Assembly (NCBI RefSeq): GCF_001194135.2
Contig: NC_068986.1
Coordinates: forward strand, 27,156,590-27,220,589
Direction: 5' to 3'
DNA: 64,000 nt
DNA from: Octopus bimaculoides
Taxonomy: Eukaryota
Under the pieces are notes generated by a model, which was given only the letters and a program-made list of their open reading frames with translations, made no database searches and was not told the origin of the DNA. The translations under genes and the position numbers were made by a program. Every line of letters begins with the position of its first letter. Within the stretch, counting starts at the first letter, position 1. This document shows, one piece after another, positions 39,025 to 51,990 of this stretch.

Positions 39025-40342
39025 CAGGGGTGCCCAATACATTGATCGCAAAGGCAGTGTGGGTAGATCGCATGGCATTAAAAAAACATAGACGTCAGCC
39101 TACCATCCATCACTATAAAATTTGTCATTTGATTGACATACGGGGCAGCCAGTCTGACATCTGACCTTTTCTGACACATGCGTCACCATGCATGCGCATA
39201 CAATGGTACTAAATGCTGCAAAACTCTCGCAAGCTACCGAGTCGCCAAGTTAGCTGCCAATTTATTTCTTCTAAACTTAAGAAAGTGTATAAAAATGAGT
39301 GGGGGAGCTGGACCAAGAAAGAAACCAAAAATCTACCTCTTCCATATGAGTGGGAGGAGGACTTTTTTTCTTCTTCACAATGTCATATTCAAAGTGTGTT
39401 TGCCTCATCTGCCAGTCTACCATTGTTAGATCAGTGGCTGCTAGACTTGGCATTTTTAACTGATCTGACTAACATGTTGAATGACCTTAATGCAGAGCTG
39501 CAAGGAAAAGACAAAACCATGATCAGTATGATCAGCTCAGTTAATGCTTTCAAACGAAAAATGCAACATCTCTCCTCAAAGTTGCAGTGCCATGATTTGG
39601 CAAACTTCACGTCAGAGCTAGAGACCCAAGGGAAAGCATGTGTGCAACTTGACAGTGCATGTTACACTGAGCAGATTGACAATTGTCTGTCAGAGTTTGA
39701 CAAATGCTTTCAAGACTTTGCTTTGCTCAAGCCAGTTGCTACATTCATGTGCTACCCTTTTCGAGAAGATGCTGAAGTTGATTTCCTCGCATCAAAAATT
39801 GCAACACTGTTTCACCTGAACTCTTCTGGAGTGGAGGATGAAATTTTGACACTACAGGCTGACATTCAGCTGAAGTCCAGAGCCCATGGACAGTTCTGGA
39901 ACTTACTCACAGAGAAAAAGTACCCCAACATGAGGAAATGTGCTACCTCCTTGCCTGCATTGATCAACTCCCCTTATATATGTGAGTCAGCCTTTTCCCA
40001 CATGAAGATTATTAAGTCCAAATACTGTTCCACCATGACTGATGATCATTTGGAAGTATGCTTGAGGCTAGCTACCAGCAGTGACTGTCTAGACTATCCA
40101 TCCATGGCTGATTCCATTCAGTGCAAGTCATCAGAGTAAGATAATGACAAAAAATGTACAGAGTTGTATTGTGCAATATGGGTTCATGCAGTTATGCAAC
40201 GTACACCAACATATATTGTACATATAAAGAATCCTCAGTATATTTATAAATAAATATGTTTTTCATTTTCATAGTAAGTAGATTATTTTGACTTGGTCGT
40301 TTTATAAGAAGCTCGCATGCTGAAAAAGTGTGTTCACTCCTG
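39025..40342 (+). mobile_element. Internally deleted hAT DNA transposon, Buster/Charlie-type (1318 bp)
   Basis: Exact 8-bp TSD TTGTAGGG at 39017-39024 and 40343-40350 with central TA (nnnTAnnn, typical of Buster-type hATs). Imperfect TIRs CAGGGGTGCCCA vs reverse complement of the right end, CAGGAGTGAACA. Encloses transposase-like coding sequence. Confidence 0.92.
39295..40139 (+). pseudogene. Truncated hAT transposase (GTF2IRD2/EPM2AIP1/SPIN-Buster-like): frameshifted N-terminus fused to intact C-terminal ~237 aa
   Basis: ATG at 39295 gives MSGGAGPRKKPKIYLFH, then after frameshifts EWEEDFF and TMSYSKCVCLICQSTI (first CxxC of a BED zinc finger). A deletion junction near 39425 joins it to LDQWLLDLAFLTDLT...LNAELQGKDK...KYPNMRKC...YICESAFSHMKIIKSKY...DDHLEVCLRL, the typical hAT C-terminal dimerisation region including the CESAFS glutamate. 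The catalytic DD region is missing. Confidence 0.88.
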
Positions 40343-43300
40343 TTGTAGGGTATGTATGAGAGGTCAGATTTGGTCAGTTTCAGCAAAAAAAGAATAAAAA
40401 ACAGGTAAAATATTTGGGTTGGATATGGCCAGTTAAATATTAAATGGTAAAATCAACTGAGTTCAAATTTGGATCTTAGGATCAAATGTTGTGGACTTGC
40501 TGCCTGCTACTATCAATTTTGGTGCTGCTATCTCAGTAGTCAGAAGTCAAATGATTATTTCATGACATGCATGAACTAACAATATTAAAAAAAAACATTA
40601 AAACATTTTTCTTCATTTTCATCTCAGTGCAAAAACAATAAAGAAAGAAAAGATTTTTTTTTCTTTTTACAATACTAAAACCTGAGTAAAGCAATCTAGA
40701 ATCTTAACGTCTTAACATTTCCTGTTTGAAGAGCAGATAGTCTGCAGACACAAACTCAAAATCCAACAGAAAAATCCATTCCATTTCCCTATATATTCTC
40801 TTAACTTTTGTAAACCTTCTGCACATTGCATGCCATAGTTACGGCTTTCAACAGTATTTTTTGATTGATGCATTGTTGCGTTCCTTAATCCTCAATGACT
40901 AGATGTAGTTATGGAGCCATACGTTTTTCTGTTTAATAGTCGGCCATGATGTATTGCTGAATTTCAGTATTAGGTGTAGATCAGTTCTGTTCAGGTACTT
41001 CTTTTACAAACTCTAACATGCAACCAGACCCCATCCTGTTTTGCTTGTCAGCTATACTTAGAATATTCTTTCCAATAGCACTTTCCAAATGATTTATGTA
41101 CTTAACTTCATAGATTCTAGCATGCCTGGGTCTTCAAGCTCATCCAGGAGGAAATGTTCTTTTTCTTCTAACAGCACTTTCTTAAAAAAAAAGAAAAGAA
41201 AAGAAATGCAATTTTTCTGGTATGACATGAGACCTTTCTTTTTCGATAAATGAGTGTTTGACTGATTGCAGTTAAGTCTAAAGATACTAAAACAAATTGA
41301 AATGTTTTAAAACATTACAAAATCACACACATATATTTACATACACATTCAATCATTCATTCACTCACTCACTTACAAAGATTATATATTTGAGGTATGA
41401 GAAAATTAATAAAAACACTGTGCAAAAAAATATACTTCTACAAAATTTTGAAGTAAGCCAAATATACTAGATCCTAGACATAGGTAGTTGTTAAAATGTT
41501 TCTGCATTTTATGTTTTCTTGTATTTTCTCATTGTCAGGAAACATGCACACATGTAAGAAGCATGCTAATTTTTTTTCAAATATTCCCTTTTTGTTCCGT
41601 TTGTTGTGAAGTATATGAGTTGATGGCTAGGTAACAGTTACCTGTATCATACATAGTGAGTTTTAAATGTTATATGGTGTTCTGATATAGGATGCCACAC
41701 TACTCATATAAGTTTATACCTAATTGACATCCTTTTTATGGAAAAACTTTTCTGTTCTTTGCTTGACACTGACGACAAAGGTGTTAGTAAATCTGCTCTA
41801 TAGCTGATGCAGTTAGGGTATTTTGATGAATTCAGTTGACAGTATTTTCATCACTGTTTGAGCAGAGTAGAATGAAAAGAAGCTATGATTGTTTAATTTT
41901 TCCCCAAGGTCTTTAAATCTTTGAAACCATAAGTTATTAATCTATTTAATGTAGGTACTATCAACCTCAAAACTAATTGTTATTTTTTTAACCAAATTTA
42001 TCAGTCTCCTGTTGTTTCAAATATGGCTTACTGTCTAACTATTAAGGCACCGCCTAAAACTAACTGGTATCAAGAGAAATTTTGATCATTTGGCTAGAAA
42101 ATTCCTCTTTACATTTACAGCACCTCTCCATATTAATATGCTAGCATATTTGTCATACAAGATATTGATGTGGGTTTCGGTATTGTAATTAATATTTATC
42201 GGTATATTGTACAAATATTCGACTGGTAATAGTTACTCAGCATAACTATTATGGGTAAATAAACTCGTTCCTTTGATTTTGGGATATAACACAAACCATG
42301 TCTGAATGTTTGCAAATAACTGGAATTATTTAATAAGTATAAGCTGAACAAATATCATAATGCTATAAAATGAGAGAAAGAGATTTGTACCATGTTGCCT
42401 TGTTTATAAATTGCTAAATCTCTCTCTTGAAGTGTATGTGTGCTAGGCTAGTTAAACAAAAGGAAGAAATTTGCATTGTGCTTTTTCTAAACATTGTTCA
42501 CTGGAGAAACATGGTCTGTGTCCAGCAAGTTCCTTTCTGATTTATTTTAAAATACCATTTGTCACATATGTAAATAAAATCTATTGTATTAGTTGTGTAT
42601 TGTGCATTGATTAGAACATTAGGTGGTGGGGTAGGCTAACTATGACTGTTTAGCTTAGCTTTGCAAAGGAAATGATAAAGAAAAGAAATAGGGATCTCTG
42701 AAATAAAACCTTAGATTCGATTCTTGCAAAAGACCCATAAGTAAAGTAATCCCTGTTGATATTGTTTTTTCTCTAACTTTTTTTTTGTTTCAAAAAATTT
42801 TGATCAAGGTTGATATTGCCTTGTGCAATCATTCAAGTGCACTGTTTGTTGTTTTGAGCAATCATCATCATCGTTATCCAGTGTTTGAAATCCAGGTCTT
42901 GTCCCCATTAACAGGGGTGGCTGGATCTACCTCAATGCCATAGCAACCACCCTCACACCATCTCTTCACCTTTGTAATTCTTATGCTGTTTTTAGTCTGC
43001 CTCCAACCCAAACTTTTATATTTCCCTTATTGGTTAAAAACAAAAGAGAAATGAAGGCAGCATCAAGTTCTTACAATAAAATCATTTTGGGTTAGAGGCA
43101 AGCTATTTATTTTATTCAAAGAATTGTCGTTAATTTTCACATCAATTGATATTTTGTGATTTAGTAAAATGGGGGATATCAGTGTTAACGTGAGTCCCTT
43201 TGGTCAGAGAACATAGCTAGAGAGGGCACATGCATTTGGTAGTAAGAGTGATCTTTGGGATTTATTGATTGGTATTGGCTGGTAGTTTTCGTATCTGACA

Positions 43301-44049
43301 AGTCTACCTGTCTATTTGTATACTATTTTATACTGCTTTATCTTATAATTTTTTTTATTTCCTTCATTTAATTATTGTGTCAACCTCCATGCTTTTGATT
43401 GACTTGTCTCTGTAGTACCCCATTTAAGCTCTCACACTTGTGGCAAATAAAATAATTATCATTATTTTTATTATCATTATTAATTTGCTTATGTTATTAC
43501 TACATTCTTTTACTGCATAGTGTTATGGCTGCATAATCAAATGCAGCTATATGCACCTTGGATATAAGCAATATTTTTCTTCTTCGTTGCATCAACAGTA
43601 TTTTACATACTATCTGTGCAGTGTCTAGCAGTTAGTTGCTGGATCTTGTTTTGAGATCTTGCTGATATATATTTGTCTGTCTTTTATTATTTACAGCCGT
43701 CCGATTATTATGGAAATTATTTGTATTTTCAGAACTCCTGTCCTAAGGTTTTTCTTTTATATTCTTTTCTTTTTCCTTTATATATTTGGATATTTTTGGA
43801 CTAGTTTTTAAAAATTTGTCTACTGGAATAATTGTATCTGCTAGGAAACATTTTTTTGTTTTTCTCTGATTCTCTTTGAAAACAATATTTGGGCAATTTT
43901 CCTTTATCTGTATGAAATTGCATGGTCTTTTTTTATGGTGAGATTCTACAATGCTAGTGAAATCACCCCCCTCTCTCTCTAACCGTATCTCAGTTAACAG
44001 TAGGTAGTCAGAAATAACTTCTGTGTATTCTGTTTCATAGTTGTAAAGT

Positions 44050-44190
44050 TGGCTCCTCAGTTACATTGTTTCAGGTTCAGTTCCATTGCATGGTACCTTT
44101 GGAAAATGTTTTGCTTTTCAAAATAGTCCTGGGCTGACCAAAACCTTGTGAGTAGATTGTGGTATATAGAAATTGAAAGAATCCCTGTGT
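44050..44190 (+). mobile_element. SINE family A fragment
   Basis: GGTTCAGTTCCATTGCATGGTACCTTTGG...GGGCTGACCAAAACCTTGTGAG. Confidence 0.65.
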
Positions 44191-44499
44191 GTGTGTTTTG
44201 GCACTGTGTGGCAGTTTTAACTGTCATACACACAGTATCAGTTCCAATCCTCCCTGAAAATATATCTGTCTAAGAAATATTACCTTACTTGGAAACAAGT
44301 GAGAGTTCGTTGCAGGAAAGGTAGCCTCTCTGCCTTGACAAATTCCATCTGACCCATGCAAGCATGATAAAGTGGATGGCATAACAACAATGATGACAAT
44401 GATTTGAGTGGTAGGATTGCTTGCTTCAGGATGTTAGGGAGCCATGTGCCAAATTTTAACAGTTCGAATCGTGTGAAATTCATTAACATAGTTATCTGT

Positions 44500-45075
44500 A
44501 ACATACTGAGGCAGCAAAATGTAGCATTGGCTAGAATGCATTGTGGTACTTATTCCAGTTCATAGCACTCTGAGATCAAATCCCAGTAAAGCTGACTTTA
44601 CCATTGTAACCTATCTCTGTCATGTCCTTCTTCGTCTGTCAACTTTGTGGCTATCATTATTGTTGTTGCTGGATAATACCTTGTGGTATTTGCTTTGGTT
44701 CTTTATGTTCTGAGTTTGAATCCCACTAAGGTTAACTTGATTTTTTTAATCTTTTCAAAGTACTAGGGAATCAATAGCATTGAGTGATTTCCTCCTTTCT
44801 CCCCACAACTCCATATCTTATGCCTGTACTGCAAGTATTATTTATATTAGGAATGCCAGTGGGTTGGCAGAACCCTTACAATGTATGGCAAAATGCTTTG
44901 TAGTATTTATGGCTACTTAAGTTCTGTGTTCAAATCTTGCTATGGTCAACTCTTCCTTTCATCCCTCTGGGGTTGACAAAATAAAATGCCAGTTAAGTAC
45001 CAGTATTGATGTTACTGGCTAACACCCTTTCTACATATTCCAGGCCTTGTGCATATATTAGAACCTATTATTATT
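44500..45075 (+). mobile_element. Cluster of about three old family B SINE copies
   Basis: Three successive diverged heads (TCTGAGATCAAATCC; TCTGAGTTTGAATCCC; TCTGTGTTCAAATC...GGTCAACTCTTCCTTTCATCCCTCTGGGGTTGACAAAATAAAATGCCAG). Confidence 0.65.
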
Positions 45076-46909
45076 ATTGGGGATGTGGATTGGTGTCCAT
45101 GTTTGATGGGACACAGTTATATAAAGTGTTGAAAAACGGAATCCTGGACAGTGACAGTAAATGAAACACAGTATGTTCACATTCAGTAACAAACCAAGAA
45201 TAGTCTATATGAATCAAACAGCTTTCTTGTATTTAGATAACATTAGTTCGTTCTAGAAAGTGCAAGTTCTAGAAACTGCTTAGAAAGCACAGGATTGGTA
45301 CTCCAAAAGATCGATACTCTTTGGCAGTAATGCTTGTTCATTATATGTTAAATAGTTATTATTGGTTTCAAGGCAGCAAAAAGATAGAGAAAAGTGTGAG
45401 GAGAGAAATTAGTTGCAAAACTGCACTTGTCGCAGCAGATATGAATCACTTGTCTTGAGACAGATTGATTACTTCTGGAACAACTAGCCAAAATTAAGCC
45501 TAGAAATCAGGAATTTGCTTTCACAGAGTTCAGAGCTTGATATATTTAGAGCTAACTAAGCTTAGAACTAAAATCTTTTCTCTTGTCAGAGGAACAGACT
45601 TATGTGTTAACATAGATGTAGGATTCAGCTACTTTTCTGAATTAAGCAGAACTAACCAAGAAACCACTTTTCTATCTTACTGTGCAGCTGTTGATTGTAA
45701 TGATAGACATCCAACTCATCTTCTGCTACAGCAAAGTAATGAGTTGAAACTCAACGATGAGTACTAGAAAGTGTTAGTGATAGGATAAAAACTGCCAACT
45801 CTTCACCCTGTTGGCTCAGTCATTATGATAAAATGCTGCTGACTCAATCATCTGTAACATTACAAACCCTATGTTTGATCAGGGCCTGTAGTGTCACTGG
45901 GAAGAAATAAAATCATATGGGTGAAGTGGGGGTAGGGAGTTAAAAATGGACAGCCATGAAGCTAGAGATCGGTCTTACGGTATAGTTGTTGAAGTTCAGT
46001 AAACTATACTGCATATGGAATTTTTAATTAAAATAGTGAATTAAAGAGATAGGAAAAGGGATTTATAGTTTACTTGGTTATGATTTTAAAATGGTTCTTT
46101 GAGTGGAAACTAACTTATTTGGAATTAATTGAATTTGTTTTTGAAATAAATTCTCTATGTTTGATCATGAAATTTCATTCTCTCACCGCATCTCATGATT
46201 CAAAATTATATTCACCTATGTCTAGGTAGAAAATTGGGAACTGGTTGTATAACATTATTTTTCAGCTGGGGACATTATATATCGTGACAAGTTGCTTAAG
46301 TGGTATATATGCTCCATTTTAAATCAGAGGCAAAACAAATCACAACTACCATTGGATGGATGAATGGAGGGTTGAGTGGGTGTTGGTGGATGGTTGGCTG
46401 GTTGGTTGGTTGGATGAATGGATGCTGGGTGGCTTAAAGAGGTACTTTCATGTTGGAAATGATGCCATAAAATAATGGATTCAATCTGTGAAGTATGAAT
46501 TCAGAATGTAGCTTTGAAGATGTAATAGATCTATTAAGGGGAGGAAAAAAAAAAAAAAAATTGAATTAACATTTTTATTTTTTTGGTCATGATGCATGAG
46601 AAAGTAGTGAAAGTGCTGACAATTTCTGAATGATGTGTAAGTAAAGATATTACAGTTGTCTATTTAAAAAAGAAAAAAGCAGGCAGGTTTTTTTTTTTTT
46701 TTTTTCAATGTATCATAGGAGTTCTTCAGATTTTTTCAACGTCATTGTCATCATCATCATAATCACCACCACCACCAGCATCACCATCATTTTAAATCTT
46801 GTTTTCTGTGCTTGCATGGGTTGGATGGGTTGTTATAGTCTAAGCCAGTTCTTTTTGGAGTTATTGCTCTTGTAAATGGGTCAGAGAAGATAATGTCTCA
46901 GTTGCACAT

Positions 46910-46944
<35 letters not shown>

Positions 46945-47969
46945 TGTTGTTAAACATGAATATTTCTCTTTTGGGTAATGTTGTGTTTGCCTTATATGGA
47001 CACAGGTAAACCTACCCACAAAATCTTGTTTGTTTTGTTTATAAGGTTGGCTTCAATAAATAATTCGAGAGCAATGCTGGCTGAGGAGAGGTGAGGCAGG
47101 ACACTGGTTTACCACACACCTGATCATTAGCTGAAATTGTTTTCTACAGGCATTGTGTTTATTCTTAGTTAAAGCTTATTACACTGTACTAATCTAGAAA
47201 ATAATCATTGACTTCTCTTCACGGGGGGAGGAGCATCTAATTCTAAGAACAGTTTCTCAATTTCTCTAACCAAACAGTACACAAATGATTGTACAAGTTT
47301 GCATCTCCTGTCCTGTTGTAAATGGAGATAATGTTGTAAAACTGTGAGATTTAATGTTTTAATTACATTTTGTGACATACACCAGAGATACTCTTCATTT
47401 CAGAATGACTCTTGACTTTATTTTTATATAGTTATCTGTTATTGCATTGTTGTCATTTCTAATTGCAGATTAACTTAACACCTTATTGCAGATTAAAATA
47501 ATGACTTTAATCTGTCATGTGGCAGCAATTAAAGCTGCAGCTTGGATTTTACTTTTAAGGATTCTATTCTGATTTATTTCCCAACTATCCTTGTACAAAC
47601 ACCAAACACTCTGCCTGGCAGTTGATTAGTTGCTTTGAATATCATTGTGAGAATGTGACTGTTGTGATGGTTGCTGGCAGTGATTAGCTAGACTTGATTA
47701 TAAAAGAATGGTAAAAATGTGTCTGTTTGTTTGCTATTTGTACATCCATTTCTTGTGACACAAGAAAGATGTAGGTTCAGTGCTTCTTGAGGCACTTCAG
47801 GAATTATTTAGTTATCTCAGTTTAATTTTGTTGATATTGAATAACCAAGAAAGTGTTGGAGATATGTAAGTCAGAAAAACAGGGTGGATAGAGTGCATGA
47901 CATTGTGTTTCTTTACAGAACTGAATATACAGCATGACACAATAATAATAATAATGATAATAATAATAA

Positions 47970-48183
47970 CAAGAGCACTCAGAGAGTGCAAACCTCCACC
48001 AAAGTAACACCAACATCCTCTCAACGATTAGCTGGAGATGATTTTTAAAATGAGAATATCTGAAATAAACTCAACTGCTCTCACAAACGAGAATACTAAA
48101 AATGAACCCGACCACTCTCAAAAATTAAGTGAGAAAACTGGAAAAATAATCCAGAATCCTTGTCCAGTACCTGATCGATCCCA
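47970..48183 (+). mobile_element. Fragment of a non-autonomous repeat, possibly Helentron-associated (HINE-like)
   Basis: Begins after an (AAT)n run with AAGAGCACTCAGAGAGTGCAAACCTCCACCAAAG. I recall this as a common octopus interspersed repeat. The 3' part is absent, so classification is tentative. Confidence 0.35.
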
Positions 48184-48782
48184 ATGGTAGTTATGGAATG
48201 TGAAGGTGGGTGTGTGGGCTGTGTTTGTAATGCTGTGTGTGTGTCGTCTGCAGTGGGAACAGGGACAGTTTTCTCTATGAAGGCCTTTTTTAGTCTATCC
48301 ACTCATATAGTGTCTTTACGACCATTAAGGTCTATAGTGAAAAATTTATTTGTGCGTGAAAGAAAATGAAATGGACCTGCGTATAGTGCTGTTAATGGGG
48401 GTTTAACAGCACTGTGGTGCACAGAAACATGAGTAAAGCATTGTTGCATATATTTCATCAACCCAAAGCATTTCCATCTAGTGTGCTAACGATTCTGCCA
48501 GCTTGCCTCCTTAATAATAATAATAATCATAAACAGACTGAAGCAGTTGATATGGAAACAATATATCATCACTACCACTACCATTATTGTTTTATATTCA
48601 CTTTCCATGCAAGCATGATTGGATGGGTCACTGTTACTCTCCTAGATGAATTTCTAATGAATTTTATAAATTTCTCCTGTTTGGATATCCTGATTTCTTT
48701 GCTCATATGCAATCAATAAAGAAAAAATGTAATTGTTAAACACGCATATGAACAAATCCTTACAAACAGATGCATAAAATTG

Positions 48783-48860
<78 letters not shown>

Positions 48861-49077
48861 CATGTGGTAGTCACTTCTATAAGTTACTGTATTTGGCTCA
48901 ATGTACTTAGTTAATCTATCTTAGAAGGATGTTTGGCAAAATTGATTCTGGCTCAATTAGAACTCAGAAATACGAGGTGTCAATTTATATACTGTAAAAA
49001 ATGAAGATTAATCGGATATAGATTTCCCTGTAATGTCTACTGATACCTCCTCCTCTTGCTCTGTATGTGTGTCTGTA

Positions 49078-49129
<52 letters not shown>

Positions 49130-49788
49130 GAATAATTCTCGAGATAAATTTGATTTCAGGATCAAGTTGTTTGATCTTCTGTTTGTCAATGGCTATGACA
49201 TTGCTTCTACAGTAATTATTATTACTACTATTACCATCCCCATCACCACCTTCAGTCCCACTTCTATCACTGTATATAACAATGGAGTTTGTCCAATTTG
49301 TGTTGTCTAAACTGCTTTTGTGAAAGTGCTTGCAGTCAGATTTTGATGTCACACACGCTGCAATGTTTGCTTAATCTTCATTCTCGGTTGTTTATACTTC
49401 AAAATTGAGAATATATCAATAAAAAAAGAAAGCAATAATAATTAGAGAAAAATAAAAACCCAAAAGATAAAGAATTATGTTGTGTGAGGAACTGTCTTTG
49501 ATAAATTGCTGTTTTCTCACCAAATATACTGCAGGCTATCAATTTGAGAAAGTGGGTATTGAAAAGAAACAATTAACACTTATCTATTTTTAAATCTATT
49601 ATATTAATAATTTCTGACTCTATTTGATTTATTTTTATTTATTTCTCTCTTCTTTTAAAAAAAAAAAAAAATTTTTTCTCTTGCAATATATGAAAAGTAT
49701 CTAGTTAACCTCTTTGCTAATGGAAAAATTTTGTGATTTTCTACCAATTAACACTCCTTCCTTTCCTTTCCCTTTCCTTCTCCCATCT

Positions 49789-49827
<39 letters not shown>

Positions 49828-51057
49828 TCTCTCTCTCTCTCTCTCTCTCCTCAATTCATTCTTACCGTTTTTATCTTTTCTCTCCTCCCTCAGTTAGCTT
49901 TCTCTCTAATTTTCTTGTTTCTCTCCATCTCTTTCTCTCTATTTCCTCTCTTATCACTAATGCTGTTGCTTCCAGACAAAAAGTTTTGATCAATATATAT
50001 TCCCATGTTGTTGTTACTATGTAATGGTTTATTATTTCTTTCATTAAACTGGTCTGCAGCATTTCAATTCTGCCTATCTATTTTCTTCTGCACACTTCAC
50101 TTCACCTAGCTTTAATTCTCTCTGTATCATTCCATTGTTTCTTAATACCTTAAGAGTCTTTAGAAGTTACTGGTCTGCAATGTGTGCACTGACCAAACTT
50201 AGCAAATACTATAGATGATCTGTGAATGAGCAGGTACAGTGTGATGTTTCTGCTCAATAAATTGACAAGAAACTCTTGAATCCTCTCAAGCTGTTGGCAA
50301 TCACTATTGTTCAGTGGTGCCTGAATTTCTCCTTTGTGTATTGCTTGCTAACAAGACAGTGTGTTCTTCTCAAGTGTTTGCTATCTGACATTTGCTTTGG
50401 CTATGTCACTAACTTTTAATATCTACAAACCCTGTAATAGTACAGTGTGTTTTTGTAACTATTTAAGTGCATTTCAAACATAGATTGTATACACAAACAG
50501 TTGGACCTAATTCGTTGCTTGAGGTTGTTGTAAGCTAGGTTAATCTCTAATCCTGTTCATGGAGATTCTCCAGTCAATCTAAGTGACAAGGCATTGCGTT
50601 TATTCCCATTTCGTACGATAGATCTGACCGATCGACCAAGGAAAGGTCGGGGATGGGGAAGTTTAAATTGAATACACTTCTGTTTCTTAGTCACATTAGA
50701 CAATATCTCTCAAGAAAATCTTCAACAGATAAATATATCTGCTTTTTAATATAGTTTGGCTTTATTTATTTAATTCTGAATATATTTCAGGTATTCTTTC
50801 TTTCTGAATACATTTTATTCTTATATTTTTAATTTTATTTCAGTCATTTCATTCTTCATATTGCTTACCTTCTCTCTGTATTTAATCACTGTCCCTTTTT
50901 CTAATTAATATATTTTCTTCATTCATTTAATATTATTATTTATTCTTTTCCTTCCTCTCCCCTCCCCCTCTTAACTTTGTATCATCTATTCATCTTTTAT
51001 TTATTCACATTTTCGGACTGTTCCTTTGATCATTACTTAAATGAAGAAAATAATCAC

Positions 51058-51195
51058 CAACTGTTGCTGTGTGGTGAGAAGTATGCTTTCCAACCACATG
51101 GCTTTGGGTTCAGTCCTACTTGTCTTCTACTATAGACCTGGGCCAAGCAAAGCCTTGTGAGTGGATTTGGTAGAAGGAAACTGAAAGAAACCCAT

Positions 51196-51200
<5 letters not shown>
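51058..51200 (+). mobile_element. SINE family A, 5' part running into a gap
   Basis: GCTGTGTGGTGAGAAGTATGCTTTCCAACCACATGG...AAAGCCTTGTGAGTGGATTTGGTAGAAGGAAACTGAAAG. Confidence 0.8.
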
Positions 51201-51226
<26 letters not shown>

Positions 51227-51723
51227 NNNNNNNNNNNNNNNNNNNNNNNNNNNNNNNNNNNNNNNNNNNNNNNNNNNNNNNNNNNNNNNNNNNNNNNNNN
51301 NNNNNNNNNNNNNNNNNNNNNNNNNNNNNNNNNNNNNNNNNNNNNNNNNNNNNNNNNNNNNNNNNNNNNNNNNNNNNNNNNNNNNNNNNNNNNNNNNNNN
51401 NNNNNNNNNNNNNNNNNNNNNNNNNNNNNNNNNNNNNNNNNNNNNNNNNNNNNNNNNNNNNNNNNNNNNNNNNNNNNNNNNNNNNNNNNNNNNNNNNNNN
51501 NNNNNNNNNNNNNNNNNNNNNNNNNNNNNNNNNNNNNNNNNNNNNNNNNNNNNNNNNNNNNNNNNNNNNNNNNNNNNNNNNNNNNNNNNNNNNNATATGA
51601 TAGTATTGCTTAAACATTCAAGGGGTAGACTGAAGTATCTAAGCAACCAAGAGATAATTAAATCCGAAGGCACTCCTGGAGATTACTTGTGTGGGTACCG
51701 TCTTTGTTAGAAGTCTCCACTTG

Positions 51724-51760
<37 letters not shown>

Positions 51761-51825
51761 TTGAACATCTGTCTTCTTTGCTGGTATGGGTTGGACTATA
51801 TGTAAAAAGAAAATCTGTGTGCACG

Positions 51826-51990
51826 TGCGCACAGGCTGTGTGATTAAGGTGTTCACTTAGCAGTTGTGAGTTTTGGGCTCATTCCCACTGCACAGTACTA
51901 TGTTCTTCTCTTCTACTGTAACCTTAGGTCAACCAATGCCTTGCATAGGAATTTGATAAACAGACACCATAGGAAGCTCATTGTATATGT
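51826..51990 (+). mobile_element. SINE family A, diverged 5' part
   Basis: GGCTGTGTGATTAAG...TTCTTCTACT...GCCTTG...GAATTTGATAAAC...GAAGCTCATTG. Confidence 0.6.

Noticed and set aside
47670-47700. TGGCAGTGATTAGCTAG resembling miR-34; also seed-like matches AATGGCACT (~14968), TGGAATGTA (~28750), TGACTAGAT (~36613)
   Set aside because: Only seed-length matches; 3' parts differ from the conserved mature miRNAs and no precursor hairpin is evident.
47741-47773. Small palindrome TACATC(CA)TTTCTTGTG-A-CACAAGAAAGATGTA
   Set aside because: Too short with a 1-nt loop; plausible by chance or local fold-back replication.
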